A DNA stretch of 10,288 nucleotides, taken from assembly GCF_018420025.1 (NCBI RefSeq), contig NZ_JAEDAM010000062.1, positions 1-10,288 on the forward strand, in the 5' to 3' direction. Positions 1 through 8,246 of this stretch are shown here, in pieces. Position numbers and translations under genes: made by a program. The stretch's first letter is position 1, and each line of letters begins with the position of its first letter. A model generated the notes under the pieces. The model saw only the letters and a program-made list of their open reading frames with translations. It was not told the DNA's origin and searched no databases. Source of the DNA: Candidatus Vampirococcus lugosii (lineage in GTDB: Bacteria > Patescibacteriota > Gracilibacteria > Absconditabacterales > Absconditicoccaceae).

Positions 1-148
1 GTAGTCAGCAATATAACTATTTCCCGTCTTTTTTCAAGTCCTTTTTTGACTTTTTTCTACTTACAATCAATATCTAATTTAATCTCGATTCAAGTAGTCA
101 GCAATATAACTATTTCCCGTCTTTTTTCAAGTCCTTTTTTGACTTTTT
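1..148. repeat. Two identical 55-bp direct repeats (1-55 and 94-148) separated by a unique 38-bp segment (56-93); period 93 bp
   Basis: Both copies read gtagtcagcaatataactatttcccgtcttttttcaagtccttttttgacttttt with 55/55 identity. Each copy ends in a short hairpin (AAGTC, 7-nt loop, GACTT) followed by a T-run on the + strand. The first copy starts at the window edge, so the array may continue leftward. Confidence 0.9.
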
Positions 149-391
149 AAAAAAATGTATAATAAATTTTATGCATTTAGTTAAACTACTTGTATTGAGT
201 CCAAATAGATTATGAAAAAGATATGGTATAATGTTTTTGAAAAAATATAAATTATTGTAGCTTACTTAATGCCAATTTTGATATACGACTATATTATTTT
301 TTTGAGTAATATTTTTAAAACTTACATCTAAATTTTTATAAGGAGTCTATTTGAATAATATCATTACACTTTTCTACTATACAAAAAAATA

Positions 392-1048
392 TTAAACTAA
401 TTGATTAGCATCTATCTCTTTAAAATTTCCTACATCATCAAAAATTTTAAATTTATTTGATTGAGGAGAAAAAGAATCAAATACATCAAATTCTCAATAT
501 TTCAAAACTTTTGCTGTATTTCATTCTACTGAAAAAGCTATACTCAAATTATTTTTTAAAACCATAATAATTAAATTAGTTCTATCAATACAATAATCCA
601 ATATATCTCAATCTACTTTATTATTTCAAACTAATAATGAAGAAACTCTCCTATCAAATGCAAAAGTATTTTCAAAAAGCAATAAATCCCCTGCTCTATT
701 TATTATAAAATTTCTAATTAAATTTCAATGATTTTGTCTTCCTACACTTATTCAAAAATGAATTCATTCCAAAGTAGAATTTATTTTATTACAATCCAAA
801 AATTTTGTTTCTTGTATAACTCATTTCTTATCAAGAAGATGTATTTTATAATCATAATTAGTACTAATGTTTACTTTTGAAACTAATATTAAAAAATGTC
901 TTTTGGTAAGACAATATAATTGATTTTTGTTGGAAGAAAATAGTCAACATATTCCTTGATATGAAATGGAAGATATTAATTTTCTAGTTTCACCAAAAGA
1001 CATATTTTTAATTAAATTACTCGATAGATAATCATTATTTTCAGTCAT
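392..1048 (-). CDS. Hypothetical protein, 218 aa (code 25, 12 in-frame TGA read as Gly); last gene of the hisS operon
   Basis: ATG at 1048-1046 and TAA at 394-392, with no TAA/TAG in between. The start lies 12 nt after the hisS stop. The protein begins MTENNDYLSSNLIKNMSFGETRKL and I recognise no domain. Confidence 0.7.
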
Positions 1049-1060
1049 TTATTGATAATA

Positions 1061-2389
1061 TTAATTAATTAAAATTTTCTGTTCATTTCATGTTTTCATA
1101 TTTTTAATAATATAATAATTATTACTTTTTTCATTTTGTCAAAATATAACAACATTTTTACTTAATCTTTTATTTGCAAAATCTAATTGTTTTTTAAACT
1201 TATCTTCAAAAGGATAAATTTCTACACTTTTTCATTTTTTTAAAAATGATAACATTATAGACAATATTTCTTTGTTGGTCTCATCAAAATTTAAAAAAAA
1301 ATAATCAGGTCAAGTTTGAAAATCTTTTTGAGAAAAAGTAATTTTTTTATCCAAAAAAATAGAATAAAGCCTATCAATACCAATACTTCCACCAACTCAA
1401 GAACAATTTATTTTGGAAGATAATGAATTTGTAAGTTTATCATACCTTCATCATGAACAAATACTTCAAAACTCTGGAAACTCATCTATAAATATTTCAA
1501 AAACAGTTCCTGTATAATAATCCAAACCTCTTATTATAGAAAAATCAATTTTATATTTTATATTAATACCTAAACTTGAAGAAATTGATAATAAAATTTC
1601 TAATAAAGAAATTAAATCGTTTACTCATTTTTTATAATTATCATCATCAATTAAATTTAAGATATCTGGAAGATCTTCAAAAAAAATTTCTTTTGATAAT
1701 ATTGAAACAAGAAAATCAATATCCTCATCAGATACAGAATTTTTTGATAATTCTTCAATAAAATTAGATTTAGATAATTTATGAAATTTATCAACGATTC
1801 ATACAAGTTTTTTTTCTATAATTTCACTTGAAGATATTTTTTTTAAAATACTTTCTATTATTAATTTATTATTAATATTTACTGTAAAATCTATTTTTTT
1901 ATCACAAACACCAACAATATCAAATATTGTCATATACAAAATGGCAATAATTTCTGCATCATAATAGAATAGATTATCAAACTTTTTTTGATTTCGTATA
2001 ACATCAATATCAGCTTGAGTAAATTCTTTAAACCTTCATTTTTGCTGTCTTTCTCATCTTCGCACTTTTCATATTTGATATTTTTTGAAAGGGAAAAGTA
2101 AATTTGAAAAATTATCTACAACAAATCTAGCAAAAGGAATTGTTTGATCAAAACGAAGAGAATATTTTTTTATATCATCTACTCACTGAGCCAATCAATA
2201 AAGTCCAAAAATTTGTTTACTTATATCTTCTCATCATTTTGAAAGTAAAACTTCATTTTTTTCTACTACTGGAGTTTCAATATGATTATAATTAAATTTT
2301 TTAAAATTAAGTTCAATTAAATCCAAAAAAGCATCATAAACAACTTGATTTTCAATACTATATTCATTAAATCATCATACTTTAAACAT
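1061..2389 (-). CDS. hisS: Histidine--tRNA ligase (HisRS), 442 aa, code 25
   Basis: Line-by-line translation is continuous once TGA is read as Gly. Class II HisRS motifs are present: GKVRRGERQQKGRFKEFTQADID (motif 2), IIRGLDYYTGTVFE, SICSGGRYDKL (the GG is TGA TGA) and GVGGSIGIDR (motif 3), followed by a C-terminal anticodon-binding-like domain. It ends in TAA at 1063-1061. Confidence 0.93.
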
Positions 2390-2400
2390 AATATTTTATA

Positions 2401-2817
2401 TTATATAACAAATATAAATCATTTATTATCTTGTATTTCTTTTTCTATATAAATAAATCTTTCTTTTCACATTTTTTTTATAAAATATTCAACATATTCT
2501 TTATCAACTACTAAAATTGATTTTGAATAATATTTTTTATTCTTTTCTAAATTTGAATATATATAAAAAACAGATTCTAATCAAAATCAATTTTTAAAAA
2601 CATAATCATCACAATAAATATCAGAATAACTAAAAAATCTTTCAAGATTTATTTTGTCTTGACACAACAGTTGGTAATTAACAAACAAATATCATAAAGT
2701 TGAAAAAGTAATTAATCTATATTCAGTATTTGATGATATATTGCTAACAATTTTATCAAAATTATTCTTTGCTACAATTTGGTTAATATCCAAAAAAAGC
2801 TCAAAATTTTTGTCCAT
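2401..2817 (-). CDS. Hypothetical protein, 138 aa (code 25, 5 in-frame TGA); first gene of the hisS operon
   Basis: ATG at 2817-2815 and TAA at 2403-2401, with an uninterrupted frame under table 25. The stop lies 11 nt upstream of the hisS ATG. No domain recognised. Confidence 0.65.
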
Positions 2818-2991
2818 AAAAAAATAAATTCAATTTATATAAATGTAATATAAAAACACTTTATACATAAAATACACAAAAAATCAATACAATAATTCTA
2901 ATTTTCTTCAATTAAAAAATATAAAAATTTCTAAAAATATAGTTAGAAACTAATAAAAACAATAAACAAAAAATGTAAAATTAATGGAAAT

Positions 2992-3522
2992 TTAAAAAAT
3001 ATTTATGATATTAATTAAAAAAGTAATGTATACTTGATTAGAAATTATATGATATATTAATGCGGAAAATTTGGTTTTGTCTATTGTAATATGAACATAA
3101 AGTTCTCTACTAAAATCATCAATTCATACAAATAAATATTCTTTAATTTTTTCTTTATCGTCTTTTATGTAAGGTAGTTTTTTTGTATCCATATGAAACA
3201 TTTCTCATGGATATGTTTTATTGTATCTTCTTGCTTGTGCATTTTTCTTCTTTAATGTTTTCTTTTCAATTTTTGATAATCTTTTAAATCAGTATGCTAA
3301 TCATCTAAATCTTGTGTTTGTTGAATTACGTATCTGAAATTCTTTTACTCTAGCTCTCTTTATCACTTTATACACTGTTGGTCTGCTTATATTATATTTA
3401 TTTGCCAAATCCACAACAGACCATTGATCACAATATAGTTTTCGAATATGTTTACGATTCTTTTCTGTTAGTCTCTGATTTTTATGTTCTTTTTTTTGAG
3501 TACATGTTATATGTATATTCAT
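2992..3522 (-). mobile_element. Truncated IS481-family-like transposase (HTH plus the N-terminal part of the rve/DDE integrase core), 176 aa; likely an IS remnant
   Basis: The track ORF 3301-3522 carries an HTH (SVVDLANKYNISRPTVYKVIKRA). Under table 25 it continues through 4 TGA as ...RFRGLAYGFKRL...ARRYNKTYPGEMFHMDTKKLPYI...EYLFVGIDDFSRELYV..DKT. This matches the IS481 pattern RYE..PGEL.H.D.K.L and YL.VAIDD.SR. The frame ends soon after the first catalytic D, so the TDNG.EF second-D and E regions are absent. No terminal inverted repeats were found. Confidence 0.6.
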
Positions 3523-3875
3523 ATTTTGTTTTTTACATAAATATAAATTTTATCTATTATATCTTTTTGTATAAATAACGCTAGTCTATATTACATATAA
3601 TGTATGATATGATGAAAATAAATTTAAAAATTTTTTAAAAAATAATATATATTATGAGAATTTTCAATTATAACTAAACAATTAAAACTAAAAAAATCTC
3701 TTAAATCTTGATTAGTTTGATATGTTTAGTATTATAATAATATTGATGATTTAGAAATTAGGAATGCACTTTATTTAACTTTAAATTCTATGAAGTTTTT
3801 GGGTATATGAAGTTGTGTAAAACTTGGTTTATGAAATGTATCAGTTTTTATTAATTAAATTTTGTATATAAAAAA

Positions 3876-3908
3876 ATAGAGTAGTTAAATATAACTCTAT
3901 TTTTTTTA
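3876..3908. terminator. Bidirectional rho-independent terminator downstream of the R-M operon
   Basis: 7-bp stem ATAGAGT (3876-3882) / ACTCTAT (3894-3900) with an 11-nt loop. It is flanked by an A-run upstream and T8 (3901-3908) downstream, so a T-tract follows the hairpin on both strands. It lies about 65 nt after the R gene stop. Confidence 0.6.
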
Positions 3909-3971
3909 CTATATATAGTAAATTAACTTGAAATAAAAGTTTTTATTATTAATAAATAATTGATTACATAA

Positions 3972-4892
3972 TTATTTTGTTAAAAACTCTAAAACTCCTT
4001 TCTCAAGCATTGCTAAATTAAAAATATAATCATTATGATCAAAATTTTCTCTTAAAGGTTTTTGTGTTTTTTGCCAACCAAAACCGTCTGTTATCCAGAA
4101 AAATTTATATTGTCCGTTCAAAACATCAAATAAATTTCTATATTCTCCTGCTGTAGATTTTAGTTTTGAACCACCTCCACCATAAAAATTTGTCTCAATA
4201 ATAAAAAGTTCTTTTCCGTTATCTATAACAAAATCATATCTTCTTGAAGATTTATCAACTGGTACATCATAACCTAATTCTTTTTTGATTTTTTCAGAAT
4301 TAGCTTCTTTTAGATACTTGTAATTACATTTTTCGCAAACATCTTTGATAAAAACTTCTACAATATTTTCCATTGCATGTCCACCACGATTTTTTCTTGC
4401 ATTACTGTCTAAGCCAGCTTCAACTCCTATCATATAATCAACTAAATTTTTCAACCTTTTATTTACAATCAAAGATTTTAATCCTGTTTCTTTTACAAAA
4501 TGTAAATATTTTTCAATATCTTCATCCTTAATTTCTTTTTTAGAAAAATCAAAATTTTCATAAACAAGTTTTTTATTTTGATAATCAACTAAAATTTTGA
4601 AATTCTTTTTATTGCTTCCGTCTCTAACAACCAAAGCAGGAAGTACTTTTGCAATACTTGGATTTTCTTTTATCAAAAATCTAAATTCATCATCAAAATT
4701 TTCTTTTCCGATCAAATAGTTTAGAGCATTTAAAGCAAGTTCAATCTGTTTTGTGTTTTTTAAAACTTTTTCCCAATTAACAAAATATGACCAAATAGTA
4801 TTGCTTGGTTTTAAATTAGAAATCAAAAAATCAAAAACTTGTTCTTCTGACTCTAAATTTAATACTGATTTATAAAATGTAATGTTTTTCAT
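3972..4892 (-). CDS. dpnB: Type II restriction endonuclease, DpnII/MboI family (predicted GATC specificity), 306 aa
   Basis: Intact ORF in the standard-code track. Segments match R.DpnII as I recall it: NLVDYMIGVEAGLDSNARKNRGGHAMENIV, RYDFVIDNGKELFIIETNFYGGGGSKLKSTA and FWITDGFGWQK..L.E.FD. The ATG lies 3 nt after the methyltransferase stop. It contains no TGA codon, and all 18 Gly are GGN. Confidence 0.9.
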   Translation of the reverse strand: MKNITFYKSVLNLESEEQVFDFLISNLKPSNTIWSYFVNWEKVLKNTKQIELALNALNYLIGKENFDDEFRFLIKENPSIAKVLPALVVRDGSNKKNFKILVDYQNKKLVYENFDFSKKEIKDEDIEKYLHFVKETGLKSLIVNKRLKNLVDYMIGVEAGLDSNARKNRGGHAMENIVEVFIKDVCEKCNYKYLKEANSEKIKKELGYDVPVDKSSRRYDFVIDNGKELFIIETNFYGGGGSKLKSTAGEYRNLFDVLNGQYKFFWITDGFGWQKTQKPLRENFDHNDYIFNLAMLEKGVLEFLTK

Positions 4893-4895
4893 AGT

Positions 4896-5756
4896 TTATT
4901 TTTTAGAATTAAATTTATTTTTTAAGTTTTTGTCCAATTCTTCAAATCTTTTAATAGACAAATCAAGATATTCTTTTTCAAGATCTATCCCAATAAACTT
5001 TCTACCAAACAAATAAGAGGCAAGACCTGTTGTAGAACTTCCCGTGAATGGATCTAGAATTGTATCTCCTTTATTTGTACTAGCTAAAACGATTCTTTTT
5101 AATAATTCTATTGATTTTTGAGTAGGATGTTTTCCAAAAGTTTTTTCAATTTTACTTGGAGTTAAAATAGACCACACACTTCTCATTTGTTTTCCTTTCT
5201 CGTGCATAACTTCATATCTATCTTTTTTTCCACAATGATTACATTTAATTTCTTTAGTATAATTATTTTCCCAATTTACCATAGTTTTATAATTGAAAGT
5301 ATGTTTTGCTTTTTTATCTTTTCATGCCCAAATCAAAGTCTCATGACTGGCAGTAAAAAAACGACAACTCAAATTTGGTGAAGCATTTGGCTTTAGCCAT
5401 GCAATATCATTTAAAATATGAAATTTATTTACTTGCAAGGCAAATCCACATTGATAAATAGAATGATATGTCCCTGAAATCCAAATTGTTCCATTTGGTT
5501 TTAAAACTCTTTTACAAGCCTCAATCCATGTAAGATGAAATTCAAAATTTTGTTTTGTCCCATTACACATATCCCAATCTCCTTTTTTTACACTTACCAT
5601 TTTCCCATTTTGACAAGTAAAACTTCCACTTGAAAGAAAATAAGGAGGATCGGCAAAAATCATATCTACAGAATTTTCTGGCATACTATTTAAAATATCC
5701 AAACTATTAGCTTGATAAAGTGTAAATTTTGGTTTTTCGTAATATGGTTTTTGCAT
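4896..5756 (-). CDS. dpnA: Beta-class N6-adenine DNA methyltransferase, DpnA (M.DpnIIB)-like, 286 aa; single CDS containing one in-frame TGA (5322-5324)
   Basis: Track ORFs 5322-5756 and 4896-5282 are in the same frame, joined by TGA plus 13 codons (..SHETLIWA-TGA-KDKKAKHTFNYKT-MVNWENN..). The N-terminal half carries catalytic motif IV DMIFADPPYF. The C-terminal half carries SAM-binding motif I ILDPFTGSSTTG and GKHPTQKS. The order and sequence resemble DpnA. It ends in TAA. Confidence 0.88.
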
Positions 5757-5865
5757 ATTATTTAGTATAAGTTTTAAAATAATATATTTCTATTTTATAA
5801 AATTTTGTAACTTTTCATTTAGTTATAAAAAATATTTATTATAAAAATATATTAAAAGTTTAATT

Positions 5866-7389
5866 TTAATCATCTACTATTATTTTTATTCTAGAAGATA
5901 TAGATGGCAAATTTTCATACCATGGAGGAGTAATTCTAATGATTCATACATCTATTTCATCATATCAAATTATAATATTTTTTGCTTGTGAAGCTGTTTT
6001 ACCTAATATTAAAGACGATATTTCATCTTTTAATGCTGACATATCTCTTTTGAAATCATATCATAGTACTACATCTATACTAGTAGGAATTATATAATAT
6101 CAATCTGATTTATTATTTTCATAAAAAATAATACTATCTTTATTAATATCTATCAAATTATAATTTTTAGATTTTCTAGTTTTCATAAATTTTTTTACTG
6201 CATTTAACATATCATTCCATTTTATGTAAGCTACATTAATTTTGAAATTAACTTTTCAATCAATACTATAAACTTTATCACCAACTTCCTGTTTTATTTG
6301 TTTATCTAATATTTCTACATCAATAAAATCTTGAAAATGTAATAAAATTTCATTTTCTTTATCTATCAAAGAACTTGCAAAAGAATTTATATTACTTTTT
6401 ATATGATCTTCCAAATAAGTATTTATAGTATCCAAATCTGCTTGTGTAACTTCTCATTCTTTTTCAGTTTTTCATCATACAAATTTTTCATTGGGATATG
6501 CATATATATTTTTTGCTATATTAGATTCGGGCAAATTTTTGATATATAATGTATCAGATTGAGATATATTTCATCTTGCTCAAATTACTTCCCCAAATTC
6601 ATCTTTACTATCTGCTACAACTTCTACAACAACATTTCAAGGTCAATCATCATTAGCAGGAGGAATGTTTACCCATGATTTAGTTCTAAAAATTAGTCAA
6701 GAATCAGTTATTAATCTAGTATTTGAAACTAAAGAGTAATCAAATTTAGTATCATTATATATAGTAATAGTTCAACTTGATGGTTCTTGACTATATTTAA
6801 TATTTTCTACATCAATAGAAATTGAATAATCCAATATTTTAGATTTTATATTATATGGAATAATAATTTGAGACATATTTGTAAAAGTATCATAATCTTC
6901 TTGAGGAACATATCTGAAGTTGTAAGTAATATTTTGTGGTTCATAAGATGATTTTATATATATACTAGCAGATGGAGTAACATATAGATAAAAATAATAA
7001 AAAATAACTAAAATAAAAAAAGTTTCCAAAAAAATAATAAAATATCAAAATGTAGATTTTTGTTTAAATATAAATTTTTGAAGTTCTGATGAATATAGAA
7101 AAAAATCTTTAATTTTTTTAAAAAATTTTAAAAATGGATTTAACTCTATTTCTTCATAATTTGCTCATATAGATTTATAATATTGTGATAAAGTTTTTGA
7201 TTTACACAAAAAAACATAATCAATACTTTTTGTATCTAATATATCCAATATTTGTTTTCATAACCATTTATTCTCAAATATAATATTTTTAGGATCAATT
7301 ACTATTTCTACACTTTTATTATTTGGAATTTTTTCCAAAGTTTTAAAAATTTTGTACAAACTATCTTTGGAAGAAAAAATAATTTTCAT
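5866..7389 (-). CDS. Membrane-anchored conserved hypothetical protein, 507 aa; resembles the CPR proteins often auto-annotated as baseplate J/gp47-like (tentative)
   Basis: Frame from ATG 7389-7387 to TAA 5868-5866 verified line by line under table 25, with 21 TGA. It contains track ORF 6772-7029. An N-terminal region of about 95 aa is followed by one strongly hydrophobic helix (YFIIFLETFFILVIFYYFYLYV) and then a large domain with SGTITIYNDT...NTRLITDSGLIFRT...VVVEVVADSKDEFGE...KFVGG and a C-terminal ITPPWYENLPS..IKIIV. The family call rests on memory only. Confidence 0.75.
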
Positions 7390-7448
7390 ATTTCAATAAT
7401 ATATTTATAATTAAATATTAAACTTTAAAATAATATTATAATTATTTT

Positions 7449-8219
7449 TTATCTTAATCTAAAATAAAGATATACAAAATATAAAGATATAAAAATAGTT
7501 CGATAATTTTTAATATCAAATGTGTATCAAAACATTTCCGTAACTAAAATTTTATCATATAATTGAAAATAAAAAACTAAATTAATCATAATAGATAAAA
7601 ATATAAATCAAAAAATTCATATTCAATATCTTCTAAATATGTAATTCAAGATTAATCATATAATAAAAATACTAATTCAAAGTAAAGATAAAAATAATCA
7701 TACAGGATATACCATATCATAATTATATAAAACACTATCTTGCAAAAAAGTAGATACACCAAATACACTAGATGTTGGTCTTCATATAAAATTATCTCAT
7801 AAAAGCAAAAATATTCAAAAAGGAACTAAAGATAAAGATATACTATAAAAAAATACATCTATCCATTTGAGTTTCTCTATTCTTAGATCTATTTTTTTCA
7901 AAAACATACTCAAAGCAATAATTAATCATAATGTAATTCAAATAAAATTAAATTCATAGCCATATGGAGAAAGAATAATAAATAAATCATTCAAACTTAA
8001 AGGAATTACTAAATTATATTTAAATAAATTATAAAAATATCATCACAAAATATAAGGCAATATTAAAAAGATAGGTAGCCAATTAAAAAATTTCCAAAAA
8101 TTAATATTAAATCTTTTTGAATAAAAATTAATTAAAAAAATTACACTAATAATAAAAATTACTACTCATATTCATGTCATATATATATTATTTCATGCTA
8201 TATTAATATAAGGATACAT
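7449..8219 (-). CDS. Polytopic membrane protein, Lgt-like (prolipoprotein diacylglyceryl transferase family, divergent), 256 aa
   Basis: Frame from ATG 8219-8217 to TAA 7451-7449 is continuous under table 25. The hydrophobic segment pattern and local similarity to Lgt blocks are judged by eye: NIYMTGIGVVIF vs hWYGl..lg, LVPFGIFLLLGDNFIGR vs ..lGqaiGRwGNF.N.E, and YPVGLFLSL vs P.qLYEs. Several canonical catalytic residues do not appear conserved, so the function is tentative. Confidence 0.55.
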
Positions 8220-8246
8220 ATTTATTTTTTAAATATATTTAAAAAT

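Noticed and set aside
1-148. Canonical CRISPR array
   Set aside because: Only two repeat copies are visible. The 55-nt repeat is far longer than typical 28-37 nt CRISPR repeats, and no cas genes are in the window. It is kept as an open finding rather than called CRISPR.
171-260. Small plus-strand ORF (29 aa under table 25, MHLVKLLVLSPNRLGKRYGIMFLKKYKLL)
   Set aside because: It is too short, with no supporting motif or ribosome-binding context. An ORF of this length is expected by chance.
1576-1761. Plus-strand 61-aa ORF from the track
   Set aside because: It lies entirely antisense to the well-supported hisS CDS, and its low-complexity K/L/I-rich product is typical of antisense frames in AT-rich DNA.
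3378-3578. Plus-strand 66-aa ORF from the track
   Set aside because: It is antisense to the transposase fragment, and its Y/F/I-rich low-complexity product has no start context.
2843-3597. Possible IS terminal inverted repeats (ATGTAATATA at 2843-2852 vs TATATTACAT at 3588-3597)
   Set aside because: The match is only 10 bp and does not extend. Matches of this size are expected by chance between two AT-rich segments of 100-180 bp.
5187-5381. Plus-strand 64-aa ORF from the track
   Set aside because: It is antisense to the methyltransferase and spans its in-frame TGA region. The product is F/I/S-rich and low-complexity.
4896-5756. Methyltransferase as a pseudogene or two separate genes (track ORFs 5322-5756 and 4896-5282)
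   Set aside because: Both pieces are in the same frame and are separated only by a TGA that the host reads as Gly. The 13 bridging codons (KDKKAKHTFNYKT) resemble the corresponding DpnA segment. An intact cognate endonuclease sits immediately downstream.
5781-5810. Sigma70-like promoter for the R-M operon (TTACAA, 18-nt spacer, TATATT on the minus strand)
   Set aside because: Near-consensus -10/-35 hexamers occur everywhere in DNA this AT-rich, so this cannot be supported from sequence alone.
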